Positions 47,978 through 60,275 are shown, counted from the first letter of the stretch. The stretch: 64,000 nt of DNA from Halobacteriovoraceae bacterium (GCA_963719505.1 CAVRCF010000003.1:32001-96000); one strand, 5' to 3'. Numbers and translations: made by a program. The notes: generated from the letters alone by a model not told the origin.

Positions 47978-50300
47978 ATGTTTGTTATTACAAGATCAGG
48001 AAAAAAAGAAACAGTAAAATTTGATAAAATTACTCATAGAATTCAAAAACTAACTTACGGTCTAGATACATTTTTTGTTGATCCAATGGAAGTTGCTAAA
48101 AAAACAATTCAAGGATTGTTTGATGGAATTACAACTGATGAATTAGATAATCTTTCAGCGGAGGTTGCAGCCTACTTATCAAGCGTGCACCCGGACTATT
48201 CTAGATTAGCCTCAAGAATCTCAATGAGTAATCTTCATAGAAATACGAGTGATTCATTTTTAGAAACAGTTGAGAAGTTAGAAGAATCAATTGATGAAAA
48301 AGTTATAGAACTGGCAAAGAAATATAAAGATAGAATTTCTGCTGAAATCGCTTACTCAAGAGATTTTGAATACGATTACTTTGGATTCAAAACACTTGAG
48401 AGAGCCTACCTTCTTAAAAAAGATGGGAAGATTGTTGAGCGTCCTCAGCATATGCTGATGAGAGTTGGACTTGGAATTCACGGAGAAGATATTGAGTCAG
48501 CAATTGAGACTTACCACCTTCTTTCTCAGAAGTGGTTTACTCATGCGACGCCGACACTTTTTAATGCCGGGACAAAGAAGCCACAAATGTCTTCATGTTT
48601 TCTTTTAACAATGAAAGACGACTCTATTGATGGAATTTACGATACTTTAAAACAATGCGCACTAATCTCTCAATCTGCAGGGGGAATTGGTCTAACCATT
48701 CACGATATTCGTGCAAAAGGTAGTTTTATCAAGGGAACCAATGGTACATCGAATGGAATCGTTCCGATGCTAAAAGTTTTTAACGATACTGCCAGATATG
48801 TTGATCAAGGTGGTGGAAAGAGAAAAGGATCTTTCGCTATTTATCTAGAGCCATGGCATGCTGATATCCATGACTTTTTAGATCTTAAGAAAAACTTTGG
48901 TAAAGAAGAAATGAGAGCAAGAGATTTATTTTATGCTCTATGGATTAACGACTTATTTATGGAAAGAGTTGAAGCGGACGCTCAGTGGTCTCTTTTCTGT
49001 CCAAACGAAGCTAAGGGCTTAGCTGATACCTATGGTAAAGAGTTTAATGCTCTTTATGAGAAGTATGAAAAAGAGGGCAGTGCTAAGAGAAAGTGTAAGT
49101 GCAAGAAAACTTTGGTATACAATCTTAGAATCTCAAGTTGAAACAGGTTCTCCGTTTATGCTTTATAAAGATGCAGCAAATGAGAAATCAAATCAAAAGA
49201 ACTTAGGAACTATTAAATCAAGTAACCTGTGTACAGAAATTATTCAATACACAAGTGATAAAGAAGTTGCTGTTTGTAATCTAGCTTCAATTGCTCTTCC
49301 AATGTTTGTTGAAGATGGAAAGTATAATTTTGAAAAGCTATTTGATATTACAAAAACAATTACAAAAAACTTAAATAAGGTTATTGATGTTAATTACTAT
49401 CCAGTAAAAGAAGCAGAATATTCTAACCTAAAAAATCGTCCGATTGGTATTGGTGTTCAAGGACTTGCAGATACTTTCGCAATGTTGAGAATGCCATTTG
49501 AATCGGATGAGGCGAAGCTTTTAAACCAAGAAATTTTCGAAACAATTTATTTTGCAAGTTTAACAGCTTCAAATGAATTAGCTGAAAAAGATGGAGCTTA
49601 CGAGTCTTACCCAGGGAGTCCAGTATCACAAGGAATTCTTCAGTATGATATGTGGGGAGTTAAGCCAACTGATATGTGGAACTGGGAAGAGTTAAAGAAA
49701 AAGATCTCTTTGCATGGAACGAGAAATTCACTTCTTTTAGCTCCAATGCCTACTGCTAGTACATCTCAGATCCTTGGAAATAACGAATGTATTGAGCCTT
49801 TTACTTCAAACATTTATACAAGAAGAGTTCTAAGTGGAGAGTTTACTGTCGTTAATAAATATTTAATCGAAGATCTTATTAAGTTGGATCTTTGGAATGA
49901 CTCAATGAAAAATAGAGTTATTGAGGCAAACGGATCTGTTCAAGCAATTGAAGAAATTCCTGCAGATCTTAAAGAGCTTTATAAAACTGTTTGGGAAATT
50001 AAGCAAAAGAGAATTCTTGAGATGGCAGCAGATCGTGGAGCATTTATCGATCAGTCTCAATCTCTCAATATTCATATGACAGATGTAAATATGGGTAAAT
50101 TGAGTTCGATGCATTTTTATGCATGGAAAAGTGGCTTAAAGACTGGAATGTATTACTTGAGAACCAAAGCTGCTGCTGATGCAATTAAGTTCACAGTTCA
50201 GAAAACGGAGAAAACTCCAACTGCTGAAGCTATGACTACGGAAGAGGCCATGATGTGTAGTCTGGATAATCCAGATGACTGCATCGCTTGTGGAAGTTAA
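47978..50300 (+). pseudogene. nrdA: Class Ia ribonucleotide reductase alpha subunit with ATP cone, split by one extra base at ~49073-49087
   Basis: [31 protein letters not shown]-terminal CIACGS; two overlapping ORFs; may be intact in vivo. Confidence 0.88.
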
Positions 50301-50326
50301 ATTTCAAATCATTAACAAATAAATTC

Positions 50327-50358
50327 GGCCTGAAACAATCTGTTTCGGGCTTTTTTTT
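50327..50358 (+). terminator. Intrinsic terminator after nrdA
   Basis: GCCTGAAACA-atc-TGTTTCGGGC plus 8 T. Confidence 0.8.
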
Positions 50359-50501
50359 AAGTCCTTGATTACACATTGAATTGATTATGTATAAACTTCA
50401 CTGCTTAAGTCTAAGCATCTCTTTTTTCTCAATTTCTGCTAAGAGAGCATTAGAATCATTCGCAAAATGATAAAGACCTTACCCCTCCCAAGGAGAAACA
50501 A

Positions 50502-51656
50502 ATGATTAAAGCAAAATCCCTGATTGTTTTTACAACCGCTTTTATCTCTATGAATTCGTTCGCACTCGTTTGCCAGACGGATATGGTTAGAGCAAATGGA
50601 AATATTATAGACTCCTTCTACGGAGAAGGTTTCTCCGAACAAGAGGCTTGTAAAGAAGCAAGAAAAGAATGTAGCAAGGCCCTAAGACTTGGAGATAGAG
50701 CTGGCCAATTTCCAAATGCACAATGTGTTTTGATTGGAGTTGTTGGTTCTGGTGGAACGACGAATCCTCTTCCAAATCCGACACCGATTCCTACTCCGGT
50801 ACCAACACCAAACCCATACCCAACTCAACCTCATGGACAATTTGATTACCAACTTGACCAAATCGAAAGAGATATAAGCACTGGTGGTTGGCAAAGAAGA
50901 AGATATGCAGTTGAAGAATTGACAAAATACCCAGCTCCAAGAGCGATCAGTATCGCTATTAAAGCTATGGGAGATTCAGATAGTGATGTTAGAAATTCTG
51001 CGAGTAGAGTTTTAAATGAACTTCCAAGACTAATGGACCTCAGCTACAATGCACTTGAAATTCTAAACCTCGTTACTCCAACATTAAAAAATGGTGGATG
51101 GATGGCCAGACAAGCGGCTGCAAAACTTATTGGAAAACTCCAAACAGCTCAAGGGATTATTCCTCTTCTTAGCTCAATGGGTGATTCAGACAGTGACGTT
51201 CGTACTGCTTCTTATAATTCATTAAATACGCTAAAGCAGTCTTATGACTTTCAAGAAGTTATGAGAAGTAACAAACATGTAATGGAGCAAATCTTAGGTT
51301 CAAGTACATGGACTGCTCGTCAAATGGTTGTTCGCTTGATTGGTGAATCTCAAGTCAATCGATATATTGATACTGTTGTCGCTGCAATGGGAGATTCTGA
51401 TTCTGACGTAAGAACAGCTGCCTATAATGCTATTCGTAAAATTACTCAGTCGAGAAACTATACGAACTTAAGTATCAACCTTATTAATAAGCTTGGACAA
51501 TATTCTCAGGGTGGCTCTTGGATGGTAAGACAGCAAGCAGTATTCGCTCTAGGTGAGACAAGAAACTATGCGGCTAGAAATTTTGTTATTAGAGCACTTG
51601 ATGACAATGACTCTGACGTAAGAACAGCTGCTAGAAACGCTCTTAATAAAATTTAG
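50502..51656 (+). CDS. Secreted HEAT-repeat protein
   Basis: Signal peptide, Cys domain, PT linker, four repeats containing W.xR...D(S/N)DSDVR. Confidence 0.85.
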   Translation: MIKAKSLIVFTTAFISMNSFALVCQTDMVRANGNIIDSFYGEGFSEQEACKEARKECSKALRLGDRAGQFPNAQCVLIGVVGSGGTTNPLPNPTPIPTPVPTPNPYPTQPHGQFDYQLDQIERDISTGGWQRRRYAVEELTKYPAPRAISIAIKAMGDSDSDVRNSASRVLNELPRLMDLSYNALEILNLVTPTLKNGGWMARQAAAKLIGKLQTAQGIIPLLSSMGDSDSDVRTASYNSLNTLKQSYDFQEVMRSNKHVMEQILGSSTWTARQMVVRLIGESQVNRYIDTVVAAMGDSDSDVRTAAYNAIRKITQSRNYTNLSINLINKLGQYSQGGSWMVRQQAVFALGETRNYAARNFVIRALDDNDSDVRTAARNALNKI

Positions 51657-51681
51657 TTTTATTTAAATTCTGCAAATAAAT

Positions 51682-51706
51682 AAGCCCCATAAAATGGGGC
51701 TTTTTT
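51682..51706 (+). terminator. Intrinsic terminator between convergent genes
   Basis: AAGCCCCAT-aaa-ATGGGGCTTTTTT. Confidence 0.8.
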
Positions 51707-53595
51707 TATAACTTTTTCTTTAAGCTTTCAACGATTTCAGGATTCAACAAAGTCGATGTGTCCCCAATAGAATCAAATTCTCCGGCTGCAAGTTTTCTTA
51801 AAATTCTTCGCATAATCTTTCCCGAGCGGGTTTTTGGAAGATCTTTTGTGATGACAACCTTATCAAGCTTCGCTATTGGTCCAATTTGTTTTGTGATGAT
51901 CTTATTGAGCTGTGTATGGAGTTCTTGCTCACTCAAGGTGTTTGTGCTCGATGAGATAACATAGGCCATAATACCCTGACCTTTTATATGGTGAGGAAAT
52001 CCTGTTACAGCGGATTCAATAACATCGGTGTGAAGTCCGATTGCATCTTCAACTTCCGCCGTCCCAATTCTATGCCCGGAGACGTTAATAACATCGTCCA
52101 CGCGGCCGGTAATTCTGTAGTTTCCCTTGGCATCTCTTTTAGCGCCATCTCCAGTGAAGTAGTATCCCTCGTAGGTTGAAAAATAAGTTTGTCTGTATCT
52201 TTCGTGATCGCGATAAATAGTTCGTGCAATTCCTGGCCATGGTCTTTTTAAACAAAGATTTCCCTCAGCTGGATTACCTTCAACTATTTTTCCTTCGCTA
52301 TCAACTAAAATGGGCTCAACACCAGGCAGGGGCGTGGTAGCATGTCCTGCTATGGCCGGTGTGACTCCAGCTAGATTTGAAATCATAACCCCACCTGTTT
52401 CAGTCTGCCACCAAGTATCGACGATAGGGCATTTCTCTTTTCCAATATTTTTATGATACCAATTCCATGCCTCTTCATTGATGGGCTCACCAACTGTTCC
52501 TAAAACTTTGAGACTGTCTAAAGTACTATTTTGAACGTAGGAGATGTTACAGGCCTCAAGTGCTCTTATGGCCGTTGGAGCTGTATAAAAATGGGAGACT
52601 TTGTACTTATCTATAACTTCCCAAAAACGAGCAGGAGTTGGAAAAGTTGGAATCCCTTCAAACATGACCTGAGTAGCCCCATTGAGAAGCGGCCCGTAAG
52701 TTATATAACTGTGTCCTGTTATCCAACCAATATCAGCTGTGCACCAAAAAATATTTTGATCGTTAAACTGAAAGACTTTTTTAAATGTTTCACTGGCCCA
52801 AACCATATAACCCGCAGTCGAGTGCTGAAGTCCTTTTGGCTTACCTGTTGATCCTGATGTGTACAATATAAAAAGGGGATCCTCGGAATTCATGGGTTCT
52901 GCTGGGCAGTCAGTTGAGGCATCATTCAGTAAAGTTGCAAGGTCAAAGTCGCGTCCCTCTTTCATAGGAACTTCTGTCTGTGTTCTTTTAAAAACCAGAA
53001 CTTGTTTTACACATGTCGCTCTATTACATGCCTCATCAGCAATAGCTTTTAAGGGAATGACCTTGTCTCCTCTTGGTCCTTCATTACAAGTGATGAGAAC
53101 CTGTGAGTCGCAGTCAGTAAGTCTGTCGGCAAGCGCGTTGGCAGAAAAACCACCAAAAACAACAGAGTGAACGGCTCCAATTCTGGCCGTAGCGAGAACT
53201 CCAAATAAAAGTTCAGGAACCATTGGCATATAAAAACAAACTCGATCACCCTTTTTGACGCCTTTATCCTTTAACACATTTGAAAATTTCTTCACTTGTT
53301 CGTGTAACTCAGCGTAGGTAAAGACTAAGGCTTCTTCACTAGGATCGTTTGGCTCCCAGTAGATCGCAACTTTTTCAGGATTCTTATCCACATGACGATC
53401 GATACAATTTTCTGTAATATTTAAAACACCGTCTTCGAACCATTTGACATCAAGATCTTTAAAGTCACCTGTATGAACGATACTAGGCTCTTTATGCCAA
53501 GAAAAACTTTTCGCTATATTCGCCCAGTATTTTTCTGTGTGGGTAAGGCTTAAATCATAAGCCTTTCGATAGTCTTCAATTTTCTTAACTTCCAC
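51706..53595 (-). CDS. acs: Acetyl-CoA synthetase
   Basis: YTSGSTGKPKG, DTWWQTETG, PKTRSGKIMRR. Confidence 0.96.
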   Translation of the reverse strand: MEVKKIEDYRKAYDLSLTHTEKYWANIAKSFSWHKEPSIVHTGDFKDLDVKWFEDGVLNITENCIDRHVDKNPEKVAIYWEPNDPSEEALVFTYAELHEQVKKFSNVLKDKGVKKGDRVCFYMPMVPELLFGVLATARIGAVHSVVFGGFSANALADRLTDCDSQVLITCNEGPRGDKVIPLKAIADEACNRATCVKQVLVFKRTQTEVPMKEGRDFDLATLLNDASTDCPAEPMNSEDPLFILYTSGSTGKPKGLQHSTAGYMVWASETFKKVFQFNDQNIFWCTADIGWITGHSYITYGPLLNGATQVMFEGIPTFPTPARFWEVIDKYKVSHFYTAPTAIRALEACNISYVQNSTLDSLKVLGTVGEPINEEAWNWYHKNIGKEKCPIVDTWWQTETGGVMISNLAGVTPAIAGHATTPLPGVEPILVDSEGKIVEGNPAEGNLCLKRPWPGIARTIYRDHERYRQTYFSTYEGYYFTGDGAKRDAKGNYRITGRVDDVINVSGHRIGTAEVEDAIGLHTDVIESAVTGFPHHIKGQGIMAYVISSSTNTLSEQELHTQLNKIITKQIGPIAKLDKVVITKDLPKTRSGKIMRRILRKLAAGEFDSIGDTSTLLNPEIVESLKKKL

Positions 53596-53597
53596 TT

Positions 53598-54269
53598 CTA
53601 CACTCCAGTGTTGTTCGTTCTAATTGGTAACTCGTATGTCACTTTTCCATGTTTTTCATAAGTCACTTCAAGGTAAATGCTATTTGGGATTTTACCGTAT
53701 GGTATTTTTAAAAGAATCCATCTCTTTACAACTAGTCCTGCCGGAATTGAAATATTTGAATAGAGGTGTCCTCGTGGAATCATTTTTGCTCTTTCTAGTT
53801 CACTTATGCCATCGGCAATTTCATTTGCTGCGAGAACTCCTACTGAACCGGTGTAGAGGGCGGCACCAGCAATGGCCCCACCTCTATTTCCACTTGCTGC
53901 CATAGTGACGACACCTGCAGCTGCAATGGAGCCCAAAAGGACTTCTCTATTATGTTGATCAATAGCAATTTTATTTTGAATAGCATCAGACCAATCAGTC
54001 AGATCTTGTCCTAGAACAACAGAGGCTTTATTTGCTTCTTGAGACTTTAGATCTAACGAAATACTTTTAATTCTTGTCCAGTCTTCTGTTTGATTTCCAA
54101 AAGTAAATTGTATTAGAGCGTAGTGATCTGTGGTGAAGTCTTGATCAATGTAGCCGGTGATAGGTGTATTTCTAGGATGATTGCCTTTAACTATAAGAGC
54201 ACCTTGACCAGGTTGATAAGAGGCACAGCTCGATACAAAAAGAGCGACTGAGAGAATAAAAAATTTCAT
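53598..54269 (-). CDS. Hypothetical lipoprotein
   Basis: Lipobox-like VSS-C; Gly/Ala-rich helical pair. Confidence 0.75.
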   Translation of the reverse strand: MKFFILSVALFVSSCASYQPGQGALIVKGNHPRNTPITGYIDQDFTTDHYALIQFTFGNQTEDWTRIKSISLDLKSQEANKASVVLGQDLTDWSDAIQNKIAIDQHNREVLLGSIAAAGVVTMAASGNRGGAIAGAALYTGSVGVLAANEIADGISELERAKMIPRGHLYSNISIPAGLVVKRWILLKIPYGKIPNSIYLEVTYEKHGKVTYELPIRTNNTGV

Positions 54270-54473
54270 TTTTCTTTCCTTTTTTAAAATTTTAAAGCCA
54301 AATTCTCCTAAAATAAGTCCAATAAGTCACTGGCCACAGAGTCTAGAGATTATCTTTTCCTAAGTCTAAGTCCCTGATTTAAATAGGAAGTTAGTAAGGT
54401 AATTTCTTCAAGTGACATTGCGCGCCGCGCTGGGGCGTGGTACTCAAAGCTTTAAATTACCCTAGGAGATCAA

Positions 54474-55928
54474 ATGAAGCACCTACTAATAAGTTTAGCT
54501 ATTTTGCTCATAAGTCAAAGTTTGTTTGCGAATAGTGAGTATACATGTATCAACACAGAGAACAGTTCGAAAGCTACTTTAAAGTTAAAAAGCGCAAGCT
54601 TGACATTAGTACTAGACAACTCAACGAAAGTATTTACTTTCAAACGTGCAACAGATTCAAAAATTGTTCTAAAAAATGGTTTTTCAAGTCTTCGTGTTGA
54701 AAATAATAGTGGACTCGTTCAAATTATATATAAGCCGAATTTATTTAAAAAAATAGTTATTGAAGAATGTCAGAAAAGTGAAAAAGTGATTCCTCTTACA
54801 TTTCATATAGCTGGAAAAATCATAATTCCAAAACATAAAATTTTTAAACAATATGGAAAACTCGCAAAAATAAAGTATCAGCCTGTCACTTCTCCGTTGA
54901 ATTTTAAATATGATCTGGTTTACTACATACCTCAAAAGTTAAAAGGAAAAAAAGATTTAAAAGCTCTCGTTTTTCTTCATGGTGGTGGAGCAAGTACCAG
55001 CGATAGATCAGGCTCTTTAAGAGTTATCGATATGTACGCAGCTGATTTGAAAGCTATGGCTGACTCTTTAGGATTTGTTTTGGTTATGCCTTCTGGATCT
55101 GGACTAAACTGGGGATCTCATATGTTTAATTACTTGAGAGACCTCAACCAATCTCTTCGAAACGACTTGCCCCTAGACGCTAATAAAATTGGTCTTACTG
55201 GCCACTCTATGGGCGGGATGGGAATAACAAGAGCTGGTCATTGGCTAACGGATGACTACGCTTTCTTTATGCCAGTAGCTGCCGGAATGGATGAGAGACA
55301 CCAAGTTGAAAAGAATCTCCTACCTTACTTTAATATGAAGTATTACCACCTTCAAGGATTGAACGACCACTTTGATGTTTTTATCTCTCGTTGTAAAAAA
55401 CAAAAAGTTGAAATCGAAAAACTTGAAAGAAAACTTGGAAAGAAGTCTGGTTTTGTTCTCGACCTCTATAATGGATCACATAATTATCCAAGAGCTCATT
55501 ACCAAAATGTATTAGGAAAACTTTTCAAAGAAAACTCTCGGGACCTCTATCAAACAGAACTCTCTGGTATGTTCTACTTTAGAGATGAGATTTACACTGA
55601 TCAATGGAGTAATGGTAACGATTTTTATCTAGCTCCAAGAGATAGATACTTTTGGTTAAAAGCGACTGAGTTTTCTAAAGATAAAACGGTCGTGGAAATG
55701 AAAGCAAAGATCGTTTCCAACACAATCAAAATTACAATTGCTCCAGGGGTAAAATCCTTGAGAGTTTACTTATCCTCAAAAAATCTAGATCTTACTAAAG
55801 AGATAGAAATTGTTGCAAACGGTGCTGTTAAGTTTAAGGGGATGGCTCCAAGTGGACAGGATATGTCCGCTGAAATTAAACGCGATGCTGGTTATATTTT
55901 CAATGGCTATATCGATATTACTCTTTAA
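54474..55928 (+). CDS. Secreted alpha/beta hydrolase (esterase/peptidase-like)
   Basis: Signal peptide, FLHGGG, GHSMGG nucleophile elbow. Confidence 0.85.
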   Translation: MKHLLISLAILLISQSLFANSEYTCINTENSSKATLKLKSASLTLVLDNSTKVFTFKRATDSKIVLKNGFSSLRVENNSGLVQIIYKPNLFKKIVIEECQKSEKVIPLTFHIAGKIIIPKHKIFKQYGKLAKIKYQPVTSPLNFKYDLVYYIPQKLKGKKDLKALVFLHGGGASTSDRSGSLRVIDMYAADLKAMADSLGFVLVMPSGSGLNWGSHMFNYLRDLNQSLRNDLPLDANKIGLTGHSMGGMGITRAGHWLTDDYAFFMPVAAGMDERHQVEKNLLPYFNMKYYHLQGLNDHFDVFISRCKKQKVEIEKLERKLGKKSGFVLDLYNGSHNYPRAHYQNVLGKLFKENSRDLYQTELSGMFYFRDEIYTDQWSNGNDFYLAPRDRYFWLKATEFSKDKTVVEMKAKIVSNTIKITIAPGVKSLRVYLSSKNLDLTKEIEIVANGAVKFKGMAPSGQDMSAEIKRDAGYIFNGYIDITL

Positions 55929-55947
55929 TTCATGAGATAACATCAGC

Positions 55948-55978
55948 AAAAAAAAAGCCCCTAAAAGGGGCTTTTTTT
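55948..55978. terminator. Bidirectional intrinsic terminator
   Basis: A9-GCCCCT-aaa-AGGGGC-T7. Confidence 0.85.
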
Positions 55979-58379
55979 ATTTCGCGACAAAATTACAAAT
56001 CTTTCCAGGAACATAGATCTCTTTCACAATTGTTTTACCTTCAAGGTATTTAGCAACTCGTGGATCCGCCTTGGCTTTCGCCATAAAATCTTCTTTTGAA
56101 ATATCGGCTTCGACCTCAATCGTTGCACGAGTTTTTCCCATAATTTGAATGGCCATGGTAATGGTCTCATCCTTGGCAAGCTTTTCATCAAACTGTGGCC
56201 AAGTCGTAAAGCTTAAACTTTCTGAGTGGCCTAAGAGCTTCCAAATTTCTTCCGCAGCATGAGGAGCATAAGGTGCGACAAGTTGAGCGAAGATTGAGGC
56301 TGTTTTTTTAGTAAATTTTTTCTCTTTGGCACAGTGATTAGTGAAAATCATCATTTGAGAAATAGCGGTATTAAACTTCATCTCTTCAATATCACTTGTT
56401 ACTTTTTTTATTGTTTGATGAAGAATTTTCGTTGTCTGTGCATCTTCTGATTCACTCCAAAATTCAGAGTTGGCAAAGGTTTTATAAGCTTTAGAGATAA
56501 AACCGTAGACACCTTTAACACCGTTCATAGACCAAGGTTTTGTTTTCTCAAGAGGACCCATAAACATTTCATAGAGTCTAAGGGTATCAGCACCATATTC
56601 TTCTACTACCGAGTCGGGATTTATAACGTTTCCACGAGACTTACTCATCTTTTCGCCATCTTGTCCAAGAATCATTCCTTGGTTAACAAGTTTTTTAAAA
56701 GGCTCTTTTGTTGAAACTAAACCGAGATCAAAAAGAACCTTGTGCCAAAAGCGAGCGTAAAGAAGGTGCATTACTGCGTGCTCCATACCACCGATATATA
56801 GATCTACAGGCATCCAATATTTTTCTAAATCTTCATCCCAAGGCTTTTCCGTATTTTTGGGATCAATAAAGCGAAGGTAGTACCAACAAGAACCGGCCCA
56901 TTGAGGCATGGTGTTTGTCTCTCTTCTTACTTCTTTTCCTGAAACTTCATCTTTAAAATATAACCATTCATCGATCGTTGCCAGTGGAGACTCACCAGTT
57001 CCAGATGGCTCGTATTTTTCAACTTCTGGTAAAACCACTGGAAGTTCATGAGGCTCTAGACAACGAACGACCTTTCCAGTCTCTTTGTCTTTAAGAAGTG
57101 GAAATGGTTCTCCCCAATATCTTTGTCTAGAGAAAAGCCAGTCTCGTAATTTATAGTTTATAGTTTTTTTACCAAGCTTCTTTTCTTCAAGATATGTATT
57201 TATTTTTTCAATGGCTTCTTCTTTTCCAAGTCCGTCTAAAAAATCAGAATTAATATGCTTTCCATCTCCAGTAAAAGCTTCTTTCTCAATATCTCCACCA
57301 TCTAAAACAGGAGTAATCTTTAAATTAAATTCTTTAGCAAATTCCCAGTCTCTTTGATCGTGAGCTGGCACGGCCATGATCGCACCTGTTCCATAAGTCG
57401 AAAGAACATAGTCAGAAATCCATACCGGTACTTTTTCTCCACTCACAGGATTGATTGCAAAAGCGCCTGTATGGACACCCGTTTTATCTTTGTTGAGCTC
57501 TGTTCTCTCTAAGTCAGATTTTCTACTTGCTTCAATTGCATAAGCCTCAACAGCTTTTTTATTCTCATCGGTTGTTATCTTTGAAACGAGTTCATGGTCT
57601 GGAGCAAGAACCATATAAGTTGCTCCAAAGAGAGTGTCAGGTCTTGTTGTGAAAACACTTATCGTGTCACCGGATTCTGTTTTAAAATCAACTTCGGCAC
57701 CAACACTTCTTCCAATCCAATTTCGTTGCATTTCTTTGACTGACTCAGGCCAATCCATATCCTCTAGGTCTTCTAAAAGACGATCTGCATACTCAGTTAT
57801 TTTAAGCATCCATTGTTTCATAGGTTTTCTGATAACAGGATGTCCTCCGATCTCACTTTTTCCATTCACAACTTCTTCGTTTGCTAAAACCGTTTTAAGC
57901 TCAGGGCACCAATTGACATTCATCTCACTTTCGTAAGCCAGTCCTTTATTATAAAGTTGAACAAAGATCCACTGAGTCCACTTATAATAGTCTACCGAAC
58001 TGGTCGCTACTTCTCGCTCCCAGTCATAAGAAAAACCAAGCATTTGAAGTTGTCTTTTAAAGGTCTCAATATTTTTCTCAGTTGTTGCTTGTGGGTGCGT
58101 TCCTGTTTTTATGGCATAGTTTTCGGCAGGTAGACCAAAGGAGTCCCAGCCCATGGGGTGAAGGACGTTAAACCCGTTGGCTCTTTTGTATCGAGCCATA
58201 ATATCTGTGGCTGTGTATCCTTCAGGGTGACCTACGTGAAGACCTGATCCAGAAGGGTAGGGAAACATATCCAGAACATAATACTTTGGCTTTGATTTAT
58301 CCATTTGAGTTTGAAAAGTTTTATTTTCGGCCCAAAAGTTTTGCCAATTTTTTTCTATTTCTGAGAAATTGTAATCCAT
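55977..58379 (-). CDS. leuS: Leucine--tRNA ligase
   Basis: MFPYPSG..HVGH, KMSKS; start ATG 58379. Confidence 0.97.
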   Translation of the reverse strand: MDYNFSEIEKNWQNFWAENKTFQTQMDKSKPKYYVLDMFPYPSGSGLHVGHPEGYTATDIMARYKRANGFNVLHPMGWDSFGLPAENYAIKTGTHPQATTEKNIETFKRQLQMLGFSYDWEREVATSSVDYYKWTQWIFVQLYNKGLAYESEMNVNWCPELKTVLANEEVVNGKSEIGGHPVIRKPMKQWMLKITEYADRLLEDLEDMDWPESVKEMQRNWIGRSVGAEVDFKTESGDTISVFTTRPDTLFGATYMVLAPDHELVSKITTDENKKAVEAYAIEASRKSDLERTELNKDKTGVHTGAFAINPVSGEKVPVWISDYVLSTYGTGAIMAVPAHDQRDWEFAKEFNLKITPVLDGGDIEKEAFTGDGKHINSDFLDGLGKEEAIEKINTYLEEKKLGKKTINYKLRDWLFSRQRYWGEPFPLLKDKETGKVVRCLEPHELPVVLPEVEKYEPSGTGESPLATIDEWLYFKDEVSGKEVRRETNTMPQWAGSCWYYLRFIDPKNTEKPWDEDLEKYWMPVDLYIGGMEHAVMHLLYARFWHKVLFDLGLVSTKEPFKKLVNQGMILGQDGEKMSKSRGNVINPDSVVEEYGADTLRLYEMFMGPLEKTKPWSMNGVKGVYGFISKAYKTFANSEFWSESEDAQTTKILHQTIKKVTSDIEEMKFNTAISQMMIFTNHCAKEKKFTKKTASIFAQLVAPYAPHAAEEIWKLLGHSESLSFTTWPQFDEKLAKDETITMAIQIMGKTRATIEVEADISKEDFMAKAKADPRVAKYLEGKTIVKEIYVPGKICNFVAK

Positions 58380-58490
58380 TAAAATAATCCTTGTTCGTTG
58401 CGTAAAAATCTTTGTTAATTTAACACTTAATAATGGCGTTTGTGAAATAAAATACACACTGATCAGCTCTATTTCTGGTAAGATATCCGG

Positions 58491-60275
58491 ATGACTTTAG
58501 GAATTTTAGAAACATTGGGAATTGTCTTTTCACTTGGTATCACTTCACAGTGGCTTGGTTGGAAACTTAAAATTCCTGTTATCATTTTACTCACCCTGTC
58601 GGGACTGCTAGTAGGACCCGTTTTCGGACTGGTTAACCCTCATGCTGTCTTTGGGAATTTACTTCACCCTCTTATCGAGCTTGGTGTTGCTATTATTCTT
58701 TTTGAAGGTGGGCTTCTCTTAAAGGCCAGTGAATATAGAAAACAATCTGGAGGAATGAAGAGACTTTTCTCGGTAAGTGTTCTCCTCAACTGGGGTCTTG
58801 GGACCTTGGCCTGTCACTACATCGCGGGTGTCGACTTAAATATTAGTTTACTTATTTGTGGTTTGCTCATCGTGACAGGACCCACAGTTATTCTTCCTGC
58901 CCTCCGAGAGGCAAGATTAAAGAAGAGAGTTTCCAATTACCTAAAATGGGAAGGGATTGTAAATGATCCTATTGGTGCGATACTGGCCATTCTCGTTTAT
59001 GAATATATCCTTTTTTCAAATACCTATGTGACCAGTGGCATGCTCTACGTAAGTTTGGTGAAGATAGTACTTCTGTCGTTGGGCTTTAGTTATGGGGCGA
59101 GGTGGTTAACACTTTGGCTAACGAAGAGGGCTTTGATTCCTGAGTTTTTAAAGCTACCTTTTTTAGTCTCATCGGTCATTGGACTTTTTGCCCTTTCAGA
59201 AACCTTCCAGCACGGTACAGGTCTTATGACTGTAACTCTCTTTGGTATCCTTCTTGGAAATTCTGATTACTCTTCACTGGGAGATGTAAAGAAACTTGGG
59301 GAGTCCATTTCAATATTCACAGTGAGTGGTGTTTTTATTATTTTATCAGCGACGATGAATATGGAAATTATCTCCATGTTAAAGCCTCAGCATTATATTT
59401 TTATTGTGCTTATTGCTTTTATTATTAGACCCGTTTCAATTTTAATTTCAACTTTGGGCTCAGAGATGTCTTTTAATGAAAGACTTCTTATTGGTTTTTA
59501 TGGGCCTAGAGGGATCGTCGCAGCCTCTGTGGCCGGAGCTATTGGCTCAAAACTAACTTCCCAAGGTATAGAGGAGGGAAAATATATTCTTCCCATTATT
59601 TTCCTCGTTATTATTGTGACAGTTGTCTTTCATAGTTTGAGCCTTTCTCCTTTAGCAAAAAAATTGGGATTAAAAAATAAAGGCGAGCACGGTGTGATGA
59701 TTGTCGGAGCAAGTGTTTGGAGTGTCCAACTTGCAATAAAGCTTCGTGAACTAAAGATTCCAGTCCTTATTTCTGATACCTCTTGGTATAAATTAACCCG
59801 GGCTCGAATTAGAGGAATTGACTTCCACTATGGGCAGGCGATAACAGACTACGATGGTGGACAAATAGATTTAACTGAAATTAATTATCTTTTAGCGGCC
59901 AATGAAGACGATCATTATAACTCTCTTGTCTGCAATAAATTTGGAGATATTCTCGGTAAAGAACATGTTTATCAGATTGCCATTCACGATGCTACTTATA
60001 GACAGCAACATGGCTTAGGTCAAAGAGATATCTGCTTTTTACATCGACCTGGTGTTGGAAGATATGAAATTTTGAACAATAAATATCATGAAGGTTGGAA
60101 CTTTCATAATATTGAGATAACAGAAGATTTTACTTTGGATGACTTCAAGGCAGATCATAAGGATGAGGAAGTTATTCTGTTTGCTATTATTGGCAGTGGC
60201 AGAGTTATAGAATTTATTTCTCCAGATCATGACCTCAGAACCACGACCGGAAATCTTATCTATTATGGTGCATAA
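58491..60275 (+). CDS. CPA1 (NhaP-type) cation:proton antiporter with C-terminal RCK-like domain
   Basis: [28 protein letters not shown]. Confidence 0.9.
   Translation: MTLGILETLGIVFSLGITSQWLGWKLKIPVIILLTLSGLLVGPVFGLVNPHAVFGNLLHPLIELGVAIILFEGGLLLKASEYRKQSGGMKRLFSVSVLLNWGLGTLACHYIAGVDLNISLLICGLLIVTGPTVILPALREARLKKRVSNYLKWEGIVNDPIGAILAILVYEYILFSNTYVTSGMLYVSLVKIVLLSLGFSYGARWLTLWLTKRALIPEFLKLPFLVSSVIGLFALSETFQHGTGLMTVTLFGILLGNSDYSSLGDVKKLGESISIFTVSGVFIILSATMNMEIISMLKPQHYIFIVLIAFIIRPVSILISTLGSEMSFNERLLIGFYGPRGIVAASVAGAIGSKLTSQGIEEGKYILPIIFLVIIVTVVFHSLSLSPLAKKLGLKNKGEHGVMIVGASVWSVQLAIKLRELKIPVLISDTSWYKLTRARIRGIDFHYGQAITDYDGGQIDLTEINYLLAANEDDHYNSLVCNKFGDILGKEHVYQIAIHDATYRQQHGLGQRDICFLHRPGVGRYEILNNKYHEGWNFHNIEITEDFTLDDFKADHKDEEVILFAIIGSGRVIEFISPDHDLRTTTGNLIYYGA

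Noticed and set aside
54418-54446. GC-rich patch in AT-rich intergenic DNA
   Set aside because: Fits an ordinary sigma70 promoter (TTGCGC-N17-TACTCA); no repeat or element evidence
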